Shown here: in pieces, positions 26,031-36,100 of the stretch
Position numbering within the stretch: the first letter of the stretch is position 1
How the letters are laid out: the number at the start of each line of letters is the position of its first letter
NCBI GenBank assembly: GCA_964607485.1
Contig: CAZSKP010000039.1
Coordinates: 1-41,334, forward strand
Origin: an uncultured bacterium
Lineage (GTDB): Bacteria > Abyssobacteria > SURF-5
Length of the DNA: 41,334 bases
Reading direction: 5' to 3'
Translations under genes and position numbers: made by a program
The notes under the pieces: generated by a model
The model's input: the letters and a program-made list of their open reading frames with translations, nothing else
Database searches by the model: none
Told to the model about the DNA's origin: nothing

Positions 26031-26332
26031 GGGAAAGGGTCAAAAGGGAAAAAGGTCAAAAGGTGAAGAGGGGGAACCGGTTTACGGTTTTGGGTTGGAA
26101 TAATTTGTTCGCGAAGAACAGCAAAAAGCCTCATCCTTTCGTATCTGCGAAAATCTGCGTAATCTGCGGATTCCCATGTTCGTGTAATTTGTGTAATTCG
26201 TGGTGAGATTCTTCGCTTCGCTCAGAATGACCGTGTGGTGGAATTCGTGATGGGATTCTTCGCGGAGTTTATCCTGAGCGCATGCAAAGGGCTCAGGATG
26301 ACGTTTTTGTGCTCTTCGTGTCCTTCGTGGAC
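26031..26332. repeat. Mosaic of short tandem and palindromic extragenic repeats
   Basis: Period-8 purine repeat (26031-26070); ATCTGCG x3 (26143-26168); TTYGTGTAA-like x3 (26179-26205); GAGATTCTTCGCTTCGCTCAGAATGAC (26205-26231); longer variant with ATCCTGAGC/GCTCAGGAT stem (26252-26302); TTYGTGNNC x3 (26306-26332). Confidence 0.8.
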
Positions 26333-26440
26333 GAAATGTTTTGCGAGTTTGCGGTGGGTTCGTGATAGAATAGGTGCGCACGCAACCACCCCGTTGCGGG
26401 GCTTGCCGCTCAATGTCTCCCTCATCCTTGGAGGTGAAAT

Positions 26441-27454
26441 GTGAATACGCTCGTGACCGGCGGCACCGGCTTCGTCGGAACTCATCTCGTGAGAAAGCTG
26501 ACCGAGCGCGGCGACAAGGTGCGCTGTCTGGTTCGGAAGACAAGTGACGTCGCCTCGTTGAAACGGATGGGCGTGGAGCTCGCCGAGGGCGACATCACGA
26601 TGTACGAGTCGCTGCTCGACGCCGCCCGCGGTGCGGAGGTCATCTATCATGCCGCCGCGCTCGTCGAGGTCGGCGGCGCGTCGCGGAGCGAGTTCTACCT
26701 GGTGAACGTCGAGGGCACGCGTAACGTGCTGAAGGCGTGCGAGACGGCTGGCGTCGGCAGGCTGGTTCACGTGAGCACGCAGTCGGTCACGTTCGATTTC
26801 ACCGACAAGTACGACTCGACCGAGGACGCTCCCTTTCCCTCTCGCTACAAGGACAACTACTCCGAGACGAAGGCGCTGGCGGAGAGGGAAGTGATGGGCG
26901 CGGCAAAGCAGGGCCGCGTGAGCGCGTGCGCAGTGAGGCCGACGTGGGTATGGGGGCCGGGCGACATGACGATACTGCCGATCATCGCAAAGCTGGCGCG
27001 CCGAAAACAGTTGTTCTTGATAAACGGAGGCCGGGCGGAAACGTCGACGAGCTACGTGGAGAACGTGTGCGACTGTCTCATCCTTGCCGCCCAGCGCGAA
27101 AACGTTTCGGGCGAGGCGTTCCTCGTCACCGACGACGAGCGCATCACCGCCCGCGAATTCATCGAGAAGATGGCCGACGCGGCCGGGTTCGCGAGACCGA
27201 AGCTGTCGATACCTTACGGCCTCGCCTATGCGTCGGCGGCCGTCGCCGAAACACTCCATGCGATTTCCGGGTCGAGGAAGCCGCCGCTGATGACACGGTA
27301 CGGAATAGCGCTCACGGGCCGAAACCTCACGTTCAGTTGCGAGAAGGCCAAGCGGGCGCTTGGATACCGCCCGGAAGTGAACATAGACGAAGGCATGCGC
27401 AGGCTCTCGGCATGGGTGAGCGAAATCGGCGGCATCAAGACGCTGACCGCGTGA
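26441..27454 (+). CDS. NAD-dependent epimerase/dehydratase, extended SDR (3-beta-hydroxysteroid dehydrogenase-like)
   Basis: VTGGTGFVG, YHAAA, VNVEGTRNVL, VHVST, YSETK (YxxxK), RPTWVWGPGD; GTG start with RBS GGAGGTG. Confidence 0.92.
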   Translation: MNTLVTGGTGFVGTHLVRKLTERGDKVRCLVRKTSDVASLKRMGVELAEGDITMYESLLDAARGAEVIYHAAALVEVGGASRSEFYLVNVEGTRNVLKACETAGVGRLVHVSTQSVTFDFTDKYDSTEDAPFPSRYKDNYSETKALAEREVMGAAKQGRVSACAVRPTWVWGPGDMTILPIIAKLARRKQLFLINGGRAETSTSYVENVCDCLILAAQRENVSGEAFLVTDDERITAREFIEKMADAAGFARPKLSIPYGLAYASAAVAETLHAISGSRKPPLMTRYGIALTGRNLTFSCEKAKRALGYRPEVNIDEGMRRLSAWVSEIGGIKTLTA

Positions 27455-27473
27455 GAAGAGCGTCCGAGAGCGC

Positions 27474-27504
27474 TTGACAATGTTATCACCCATGTGTTTA
27501 GAAT
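27474..27504 (+). promoter_or_regulatory. Possible sigma70 promoter of the MMPL gene
   Basis: TTGACA, 19 nt, TAGAAT (spacer is long). Confidence 0.45.
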
Positions 27505-27581
27505 ACGTCGTCGCCGCACACCCCAGAGCGCCGGCCTAGGGCTTAGGCATGGCCTGAAATCGTTTTCCCTGGCGAGCATTG

Positions 27582-29978
27582 ATGAAGAGATTCTTTCATC
27601 TCATAACGGGGTCCCCCCGACTTACCATCCTTATCACCCTTCTGCTCACCATCTTCTTTGGGCTGCAACTGCCGAAGCTGCGGCTTGAATCCGACGTTGA
27701 TGTGTATCTTCCGGACGAGCATCCTTCCATAAAATATGAGCATTTAATCCAAGACATCTTCAATTATCAGGAGTCGATGGCGATTGCCATTTTCAACGAG
27801 GGGCCCGACGGCATTTTCAATCCCCAGACGCTGGGCAAAATCAAGAGGCTGACGGAGGAGGTAGCGCGGGTGCGCTACGTGATAGCGCAGCGCGAAGAGG
27901 ATATCAAGAGCATCAGCACGATGGACAACATCGTCGGGACCGAGGAGGGCGTCGAGGTTATTCCTCTGATGGAAGAGGTTCCCACGACCCCGCAGGAGGT
28001 AGAGCAACTCAAGGAGAACCTGTACGGCAACGAGATGTTTGTCGGGTGGCTGGTGTCGGAGGACGGGACCGCGGCCGTCATTCTCGCCAAGATCGAGGAC
28101 GGCCAGGACAAGCAATCATACGCTTACAATGAAATCAAGAAGCTCGTCGAACGCGAGCAGGGCGGGGGCGACCGCATATACATAGCGGGTCAGCCGGTTC
28201 TCGAGGCGACCTTCATCGATTACATGGTCAGGAACATGGAGGTGATGCTCCCCATCGTCTTCGCCGTCATCGTGCTGCTCCTCTATTTCACCTTCGGCAG
28301 CCTGCGGGGCGTCGTGCTTCCGCTCGTGGTCGTATCGGCCAGCGTCACGTGGAGCATGGGAATCATGAGCTTGGTGGACGTGCCGATTTACGACATGACC
28401 ACCATGACGCCCGTTATCCTTATCGCGATCGGTTGCGCATACGGAATCCATATCCTGAACCGTTACTACGAAGAGGCAAAAGACGAGACCGGCAGGGAAA
28501 AACGGGCAATCGTGCTTCAGAGCATGCTCACCATATGGCAGCCGGTGGTGATGAGCTCGCTCACCACGGCGGTGGGCTTTGCCTCGCTCTGCACCTCCAG
28601 CCTCGTGCCCGTGCGCAGTTTCGGAATCTTCACCGGAGTGGGCATCATCTGCGCGCTGCTGTTCTCCCTGACGTTCATCCCCGCCGGCCTGATGCTGGTG
28701 AAGGTTCCCGATTTCACCGAAGCGAAACGCCGCAGTCTCGACGTAGGTCGCATTGTCCAGAAGTACACCGACCTTGCGCTGGGTTCCATGGGACGCTGGG
28801 TGTATCGTCATCGCGTGGCGATTTGTGTGTTCTCCGCAGTGCTGGCGCTCGTCGCTGGGGTCGGGTTTACCAAGCTGCGCGCCGACGACAGTTGGGTGGA
28901 AATGTTCCCGCATGACAGCGATGTCTATATTTCCAGCAAGCTGATTAGCGACAAAATGAACGGCACCGTTTCGATGAACGTGGTGGTGGAGGGCGATGAG
29001 CCCGACACCATCAAGTCGCCTTCCCTCCTGAAGAAGATGGTGGAGCTTCAGGAACTGGCTGAAGAAACGGAACAGGTGGGCGGCACAATCTCGATTGCCG
29101 ACTACGTAAAGCGCATGAACAAGGTGATGAACGCGGACAAGGAGGAGTTCAACACGATCCCCGACAGCCGGGACGCGGTCGCTCAATACCTCTTGTTGTA
29201 CTCGCTGTCGGGAGACCCGGACGACTTCGACGAGGTCGTCGATTACGACTATCGTCAGGCCAACATCACCGTCATGCTGAAGGACGACCACACAGGCGGT
29301 GTGAAAAAACTGGCCAACCGTCTCCGCCGGTATATCAAGGAACACTTTGCGGATGAACCGGCGAAGTTAAACCTCACCGGCTACGCTTACGTCACAGAGG
29401 TGGTCATAGACCTCGCCGTTCGCGGGATGCTGGGCAGCATTTTCCTCTCCATTTTGGTCATCTACATCATGACCGTACTCATGTTCCGTTCTTTTACGGG
29501 CGGGATTTATAACGTAATCCCGATCGTGATGGCGTTACTGCTCAACTTCGGGCTGATGGGCGCGTTGGGCGTGACAATAGGGTTCGCCAACTCATCCGCG
29601 TTCGCGGTGGCGATGGGGATCGGGGTGGATTACGCGATCCATCTTGTGTTCAAGTTTCAGCGCGAGGTCGCCGAAAGCTCCGACCTGGAGGAGGTAACCG
29701 CCATCACCCTGATGACCAGCGGGAAAGCGATCTTTTTCAACGCCGTGGTTGTCACCGCCGGTTTCCTGGTGCTGCTGGCATCCAACTTCACCGGCCACCG
29801 GATAATGGGGCGGTTGCTCTCTTTGAGCATGGTCACGAGCTTCCTCGGCTCGGTGACGCTGCTACCGGCCGCGCTGAGCCTGTTCAAGCCTGCCTTCATC
29901 TTCCCCCAAAAAGAAGCGGGCGCGGAGGACATCAGTACCGCCGAACCGGTTGAGGTTGAGCATCTCCCGCCCAGGTAG
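27582..29978 (+). CDS. MMPL/RND-family transporter
   Basis: Two repeats of TM, large loop, five TMs; SLTTAVGFASL, GIGVDYAIH, SGKAIFFNA. Confidence 0.93.
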   Translation: MKRFFHLITGSPRLTILITLLLTIFFGLQLPKLRLESDVDVYLPDEHPSIKYEHLIQDIFNYQESMAIAIFNEGPDGIFNPQTLGKIKRLTEEVARVRYVIAQREEDIKSISTMDNIVGTEEGVEVIPLMEEVPTTPQEVEQLKENLYGNEMFVGWLVSEDGTAAVILAKIEDGQDKQSYAYNEIKKLVEREQGGGDRIYIAGQPVLEATFIDYMVRNMEVMLPIVFAVIVLLLYFTFGSLRGVVLPLVVVSASVTWSMGIMSLVDVPIYDMTTMTPVILIAIGCAYGIHILNRYYEEAKDETGREKRAIVLQSMLTIWQPVVMSSLTTAVGFASLCTSSLVPVRSFGIFTGVGIICALLFSLTFIPAGLMLVKVPDFTEAKRRSLDVGRIVQKYTDLALGSMGRWVYRHRVAICVFSAVLALVAGVGFTKLRADDSWVEMFPHDSDVYISSKLISDKMNGTVSMNVVVEGDEPDTIKSPSLLKKMVELQELAEETEQVGGTISIADYVKRMNKVMNADKEEFNTIPDSRDAVAQYLLLYSLSGDPDDFDEVVDYDYRQANITVMLKDDHTGGVKKLANRLRRYIKEHFADEPAKLNLTGYAYVTEVVIDLAVRGMLGSIFLSILVIYIMTVLMFRSFTGGIYNVIPIVMALLLNFGLMGALGVTIGFANSSAFAVAMGIGVDYAIHLVFKFQREVAESSDLEEVTAITLMTSGKAIFFNAVVVTAGFLVLLASNFTGHRIMGRLLSLSMVTSFLGSVTLLPAALSLFKPAFIFPQKEAGAEDISTAEPVEVEHLPPR

Positions 29979-30210
29979 GCGGAGGATCGGGGAGATGGTG
30001 GCGTGCGGGAATGAGAGAGAAAATCGGCGAGAGGCTGTCTTGCGGTTTGTGAAGCATTCAAGACAGCCTCTCATCTTTTGTGCGACCTTCCTGACGAACA
30101 ATGCGCTTGCATATGCCCGTGTCACAGTCGTCACACCGGGCGCTTCGTTCGCGATTCAAGGTCAGAATGTCGAAGCCCACCGCGTGATCGGCGAAATCCG
30201 GTTCGCGTTT

Positions 30211-31602
30211 TCAGCAGCGGTCCTTCTCAAGCGGTTCTTGCAATTGCTCCATGTCTTCAACTTTCCTGATGTATGCATTCATGTCAAATTTCCGTTCCAG
30301 GCCGGCTGAGTTCATGTAACGCACGGTGCCGAGAACGGGTCGTTCCGACCACGGCCTGTCATGTTTGCCGAAGCACCACGCGACCCCCGCGTAGGAATTG
30401 GGGTCGCGCCCGTCCAGTTCGTATTTGTTGTTGAGGTGGATGGCGATTCTGAAGGCGTCTTCGGGCCGCTTGACCCATTCGATTATCTTCTTGCCCCAGT
30501 ACATCCTCATGTAATTGTGCATCTTGCCGGTCAGGACCATCCCCTTCTGTGCGGCATTCCAATAGTGGTCGTGCGTCCGGGCGCGTTCAAGCTCGGACAG
30601 GGTGTAATCGTATTGCCTCTTATCTCTTGCGTGTTTGTGGAGCGTCTTCTTTGCCCAATCGGGCAGGCTGTCGAATGAGTGGTAATGCGAATTGTAGTGA
30701 CAGAAGTTCATGCTGAGCTCACGGCGGACAATCAGCTCTTCCAGGTATGCTTCCACGTTCCCTTTCTTCACATTCTTTGCCGACAGAATCTCCCGCGCGA
30801 CATACAGAGGCGAAATCTGACCGAAGTGAAGGTACGGGCTCATGTGTGAGACACATCCTGCCGCGGGCTCGTTTCTTCCATCCTCGTACAAGCCCAGTTT
30901 ATCGGCTATGAAATCCGCGAGGAGTTTTTCCGCGTTGGTAGTTCCGCCCTTGTAGTTATCCACCTTTCCGACGCTTCGGTCGATTCGAAGTTCGTGCAAG
31001 ACGGAACCTATGTCGGAAATATCCAGCCCATCAAGTTTTATTCTCAACGAATTTCGGTCGGGACCGGATTCTTGCAGCGGTTCAAGGAAATCGTCGAGGC
31101 GATTGTGGATTTTCTTTCTGATTGTGCGGGCCGCGTATTCCTCTTTGCCGGACGCGACTTCGACGGGCACAATAACGTCGCTTTCCACCTGCACCACCTT
31201 GCAGTGTGCGTTGCGGGCGACGTGCATTCGCCATGCCTTCTGAAATTTGAGATATCCTCGGTCCGTCACAATCAGGGCGGCGTTTCTCCCCAGGCTGACG
31301 GCGGCCTCGCGGGGTGGCTGGAGCCTCACCACGAGCTGGATGCCTCGCCTTCGCAGGGTCTGCTGCGTGTCCCTCAGTCCCTCGAGCATGAACGCATAGT
31401 GCCGCAAGTTGGCTTGGGGAAACCTTTGAGTCAGACCGAAAACAACGACGACTGGCAGATTCAGGCTATCGGCCTCGCGAACAGAATATTCGAGAGCGTG
31501 ATTGCACCTGGCTCGCTGCGACTGCTGCATCCAGTACAGGACGTATTGGCCCCTGCGGATATCCTTCTTGTTGAGCAACTTGACGCGCTGTGGTTGTATC
31601 AT
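30211..31602 (-). CDS. phrB: Class II CPD DNA photolyase
   Basis: YWMQQSQR...NHAL, EEYAARTIR, SHMSPYLHFGQIS, EELIVRRELS.NF, THD.YWNAAQ, GKMHNYMRMYWGKK, DGRDPNSYAGVAW. Confidence 0.95.
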   Translation of the reverse strand: MIQPQRVKLLNKKDIRRGQYVLYWMQQSQRARCNHALEYSVREADSLNLPVVVVFGLTQRFPQANLRHYAFMLEGLRDTQQTLRRRGIQLVVRLQPPREAAVSLGRNAALIVTDRGYLKFQKAWRMHVARNAHCKVVQVESDVIVPVEVASGKEEYAARTIRKKIHNRLDDFLEPLQESGPDRNSLRIKLDGLDISDIGSVLHELRIDRSVGKVDNYKGGTTNAEKLLADFIADKLGLYEDGRNEPAAGCVSHMSPYLHFGQISPLYVAREILSAKNVKKGNVEAYLEELIVRRELSMNFCHYNSHYHSFDSLPDWAKKTLHKHARDKRQYDYTLSELERARTHDHYWNAAQKGMVLTGKMHNYMRMYWGKKIIEWVKRPEDAFRIAIHLNNKYELDGRDPNSYAGVAWCFGKHDRPWSERPVLGTVRYMNSAGLERKFDMNAYIRKVEDMEQLQEPLEKDRC

Positions 31603-31627
31603 GGCTTTTTCAAGATAGGCTTGTGAT

Positions 31628-31666
31628 AGAAAGAAAGAAGGCCCCCTTCTTGTGGCGGGAGCCTTC
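31628..31666 (-). terminator. Intrinsic terminator after the micro-peptide gene
   Basis: Minus strand GAAGGCTCCC, 10-nt loop, GGGGGCCTTC, followed by TTTCTTTCT. Confidence 0.7.
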
Positions 31667-31689
31667 CAATTCTTCTTGACCTCTCCTCA

Positions 31690-31752
31690 CTAACATGAGG
31701 ACTTGCATTTGCAGGTGCCGCTGACCTCCTTGGTCAATTTCCGGATTTTCAT
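31690..31752 (-). CDS. 20-aa Cys-rich micro-peptide MKIRKLTKEVSGTCKCKSSC (not in ORF track)
   Basis: Very strong RBS GGAGGAGGTG 8 nt before ATG, tandem stops TAG TGA, terminator about 23 nt downstream. Confidence 0.7.
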   Translation of the reverse strand: MKIRKLTKEVSGTCKCKSSC

Positions 31753-31781
31753 ACCAAATTCACCTCCTCCGCGAGGCTGTC

Positions 31782-31800
31782 ACGGCAAACCGTTTGCCGT
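31782..31800. promoter_or_regulatory. 19-bp palindrome just upstream of the micro-peptide RBS
   Basis: ACGGCAAAC-C-GTTTGCCGT, perfect 9-bp arms. Confidence 0.5.
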
Positions 31801-31827
31801 ATCGATTTTTGGCGCTCGACTCAGCAA

Positions 31828-32181
31828 TCAGCCGCCTTGAACGTTCTCGTCCTTATCGACGGCGATACCCTTATGAACATCCTCAACGCTCTCTTTGTCC
31901 AATGTCTCGGTGCCGACTGGCGCCTTCGTGAAATAGAACTCGAAAGCATCCTCGTTCACTGAAATCCTGATGTCGGCCTTGTGATGCTCCGCGTAGTCGC
32001 GCACGCACTTCCAGCTTTCCAGCGAACACGCTTCGCCGGGAGCCCCCTTCTTGCTGGCCTTGTCATACCAGGCAAGGAGCGAGAGCCCTTGGCCCGCTTC
32101 GTTTGCGACAGCCTCTCTCGCCGCTTTTTCCGCCGCTTTGTATCCAATACCGCCAGCTAATGACAAATTGATGTTTCTCAT
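31828..32181 (-). CDS. AF1514/DUF5619-like protein
   Basis: SLLAWYD.....AP..AC......RDYA......I.ISVN...FEFYF resembles the AF1514 family; start at ATG 32181 behind GGAGGGAGGT. Confidence 0.7.
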   Translation of the reverse strand: MRNINLSLAGGIGYKAAEKAAREAVANEAGQGLSLLAWYDKASKKGAPGEACSLESWKCVRDYAEHHKADIRISVNEDAFEFYFTKAPVGTETLDKESVEDVHKGIAVDKDENVQGG

Positions 32182-32309
32182 TTCCGTTACCTCCCTCCGC
32201 ATGGTATGAACGCAATCAAGCTCTTGGTACGTCCCCGATTCGATTCAAGTCATACTATAACAAGCGTTCGGAGGAGCCGCTATTGCAGGCTGGAGAGACG
32301 GACTGCCTT

Positions 32310-32900
32310 TCACGCCGTCTTCTTCACTCCGTGGAACAGCTCGCTTCCCGCGCCGGGATAGACCTTGTGCTCCTTCGGGGGCGTGCGTCGCGCTACTGCC
32401 GGCCATTTGTCTCGCTGCGGCTCCGAACCCTCGTTGGCGGTCTCCGAGGGAACTGCATCGGCCATGCTCGGTTTCTTGCGGACGTCGATACCTTCAACGT
32501 TGTGGCTGAACTCGATTGGGATGCCGTTTGGGTCGAAGGCATATATCGAGTGGATGAAGCCGTGGTCGATCACATCGGAAACCTCGAACCCCGCCGCCGA
32601 GAGTGTATCTTTGAGTTCCCAAAGGTCGTCTTCCGTTTCCACGCCAAAGGAGACATGGTCAAACACAAAGGGGCCGGAGACCGGTTCCCCATGATCCTTT
32701 TCCTTCACCGGTCTTATGTCGGGCCATTCGAAAAAAGCTATTAAATCATACGGGGAAATCTCGAAGAAGTAGTGTCTGTATCCCGGTCTTCCCAGCCCTG
32801 CAACGAGCCTCATGCCGAGTAAGTCGCGCCAGAAACGAATGGTCTTATCCATATCGCCCGTAGCCATCGCCAAATGGTTGACTCCGTTGTACCTGATCAT
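32310..32900 (-). CDS. VOC/glyoxalase-family protein
   Basis: GVNHLAMAT.DMDKTIRFWRDLLGM, IAFFEW, FDHVSF, DHGFIHSIYAFDPNGIPIEF; start at ATG 32900 behind GAGGAG. Confidence 0.9.
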   Translation of the reverse strand: MIRYNGVNHLAMATGDMDKTIRFWRDLLGMRLVAGLGRPGYRHYFFEISPYDLIAFFEWPDIRPVKEKDHGEPVSGPFVFDHVSFGVETEDDLWELKDTLSAAGFEVSDVIDHGFIHSIYAFDPNGIPIEFSHNVEGIDVRKKPSMADAVPSETANEGSEPQRDKWPAVARRTPPKEHKVYPGAGSELFHGVKKTA

Positions 32901-33114
32901 AAGATACGCTCCTCGGCCCTTTCTTCGGCCTTCAATCTCGCATTGATTAACTGACGCCGGCTCGTGAACATATTCACTTGCATTATGAATGATTTTCCGA
33001 CTTCCCGCTATTCCGGAATGCACTTGAGTTCAGCGGCTGAAGTCGCCTTTACTTTTTTGAGCTTGGTATTCTATTATTGTATGCCGTACGGAGTTGTTCA
33101 ATCTTGGGTGGCAG

Positions 33115-36100
33115 ATGAGCTATGTGGATAAGTATGAGGAACGGCCAGTGAGAACCGGCACCGACAGAATACCTGCCGGGTCTTATTGTGTTCATGCCTT
33201 GGTCAGCGCACAGGCGGAGCGGAATCCTAATGCGATTGCCATCCTTGCGCCCGGAAGGAGTGCTTTGACATATGGGCGTTTGTTCGACCAGGTGTCGCAA
33301 TCCGCCGGCATACTCAGGTCTTTCGGGATAGAGCGCAATGACCGCGTGGCAATTGTGCTCCCCAACGGCCCTGAAATGGCGGTTGCCTTCCTAACGGTGG
33401 CCTCATGCGCAGCCAGCGCGCCGCTGAACCCGGCATATCGGGCCGCAGAATTCGACTTCTACCTTTCGGATTTGAAAGCCAAAGCCTTGATTGTCCAATC
33501 GGGAATCGATTCTCCGGCGAGGACGGTCGCGCAGGAACGGGGGATTCTCATAATCGAGTTGTCACCGAATGTGGACGCCGAGGCGGGCATTTTCTCACTG
33601 GCCGGCGGCGTAAGTTGGTCAGCCGCGAAAGTAGATTTTGCCCCACCGGACGATGTCGCACTGGTGCTCCACACCTCCGGGACGACGTCGCGGCCCAAAT
33701 TGGTTCCGCTGACACAAACGAATATCTGCACATTGGCTCACAATAACAGAATTCTCCTTAAGTTGGACGAGAAGGATAGATGTCTCAACGTAATGCCGCT
33801 GTTTCATATCCATGGATTGTCAGTGCTTCTGGCGACAATTGCCGCGGGTGGAAGTGTCGCATGCACGCCGGGCTTTTATGCCCCAAGATTTTTCGAATGG
33901 ATGGAAAACTTTCGACCCACGTGGTATTCGGCGGTGCCGACCATGCATCAGGCGATCTTGAGCCGTGCCGCCGAGAATCTCGAGACTATCGGGAAATGTC
34001 CGTTGCGGTTTGTTCGTTCCGCCTCAGCTCCTCTGCCGCCGAAAACGATGGCGGAACTGGAGGCGGTATTCGAAGCGCCTGCGATTGAGGCTTACGGGAT
34101 GACGGAGGCCTCCCATCAGATAGCGAGTAATCCGCTGCCGCCCGGCCAACGGAAAACCGGTTCGGTCGGTCTTGCAGCAGGCGCGCAAGTGGCCGTCATG
34201 AACGAAGCGGGCAACCTCGTGCCGGCAGGAGAGGTCGGTGAGCTCGTAATTCGTGGTAAGAGTGTGATGAAGGGCTACGAAAACAACCCTGAGGCCAATA
34301 GGAACGCCTTCACCAATGGCTGGTTCAGAACAGGCGACCAGGGCTATATGGACTCCGAAGGCTATATTTTTATCACGGGTCGATTGAAGGAAGTCATCAA
34401 TCGAGGCGGCGAGAAAATTTCGCCGCGCGAGGTGGATGAAGTCCTGATGGAGCATCCGGCTATTGACCAGGCGGTCACTTTCGCGCTGCCCGATCCCAGG
34501 CTTGGCGAGGACGTCGGGGCCGCCGTGGTACTAAGGGAAAACGCCTCGGTTACGGAGAGGGAAATACGCGAGTTCGCCGCACAGCGGCTGGCCGACTTCA
34601 AAGTTCCACGTCGGGTTGTGGTGCTGGATGAAATACCGAAAGGCCCTACGGGTAAATTGCAGCGAATCGGGCTGACCGAGACATTGGGACTGGAAAGCAT
34701 CGCAGAGGGGCCGACAGGGGCGGGCGCCCCTTATGCGCCTCCTCGGAGTGCGACCGAGAAAAAGCTTGCGGCAATGTGGGCCGATGTTCTCGGCCTGAAT
34801 CGCGTGGGCATCCACGATGAGTTCCTTCATCTGGGCGGAGATTCGATGCTTGCCACTCTTCTCGTCTCTCGGGTGCGCGAGGCGTTTCGGGCGGAGTTAT
34901 CGCTTCTCAGTTTCTTCGAAGAGGCTTTCACTGTGGCAAGGATGTGCGAATGGCTGGCAAACGCCGATGTTGCGCAGCCGCCGGTCGCGGTTCCCCTGGT
35001 GCCGACTGAGCGCGACCAGGAATTCCTACTTTCCTTTGCCCAGGAGCGTCAGTGGTTTATTCAAGAGTTAGACCCAGGCAATTGCGCATATAATTCCATC
35101 GCATGCATTCGCTTTGAAGGTCCGTTGAGCGTTATGGCTTTGGAGAACAGTCTCGGCGAAATAATACGGCGGCACGAAGCGCTGCGCACAACTTATCCAA
35201 CGATGGATGGAAGACCCATTCAAAAGATCGAAGAAGCGGGCTCCATCCGGCTGCGCCCCATAGACCTCGCCATGTTTCCCGGGGCTGAGAGGGAAGCGCG
35301 AGCGATGCAGCTCATGACCGACGAGGCGCGGCGGCCATTTAACCTATCCAAGGATATGCCGATTCGCCCGTTCCTGCTGAAGGTGAATGGGGAAGAGCAC
35401 AATCTGCTGCTCACTATTCATCATATTGCGTATGACGGTTGGTCGGCCGGAGTTCTCTTGAAGGAACTCATGACGTTGTATGAGGCTTTTGCAGAGGCAA
35501 AGCCGTCCCCGCTTGCGGATCTGCCGATTCAATACGTTGACTTCGCCACGTGGCAACGTCAGCGCATAGACAAAGAAAAGACCGAGAGACAACTCTCATA
35601 CTGGGAGCGGGTCCTCGGCGGCGGTTTGCCTGTTTTGGACATGCCAACCGATCATCGACGACCGGCGAGGCAGAGTGGTCGCGGGCGGCGGTTGAACTTC
35701 TCTCTGCCAGTCGAACTCTCCCGCTCGGTCAAGGAGCTGTGTCGGAATGAGGGGAGCACCCTCTTTATGGTTCTCTTGGCCGCGTATCAGTGTCTTCTCC
35801 ACCGCTATTCCGGACAGACAGACATTATTGTCGGCTCTCCCATTTCCGGACGAACGCACGTTCAGACTGAAGCGATGATAGGGATGTTCATTAACACGCT
35901 GCCTCTTCGCACAGACCTTTCCGGCGATCCAACTTTCCGTGAGCTGATAAGACGGGTTCGCAAGACGGCTCTCGAGGCCTATGAGAATCAGGATGTTCCC
36001 TTTCAGGAAATCGTCGCGCTCATGAAGCCCGAACGAGTCCTCAACCATCTCCCTTTGTTCCAGGTGATGTTTGTGCTCCAGAACGCGCCCATGCCTCACC

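Noticed and set aside
26143-26332. Possible CRISPR array
   Set aside because: Units are 9-27 nt, heterogeneous and lack unique spacers; no cas genes in the window.
26082-26543. ORFs across the repeat mosaic (VILSEAKNL, NYTNYTN, RRTRR)
   Set aside because: Translations of the non-coding repeats.
29950-30309. 119-aa ORF after the MMPL gene
   Set aside because: Overlaps both neighbours and has no motif or RBS.
31687-31692. Selenocysteine or pyrrolysine read-through at the micro-peptide TAG TGA
   Set aside because: Two consecutive stops followed by a terminator are most simply true termination; no supporting recoding element identified.
33029-33041. TTCAGC-G-GCTGAA palindrome upstream of the NRPS
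   Set aside because: Six-bp arms can arise by chance and no regulator is nearby.
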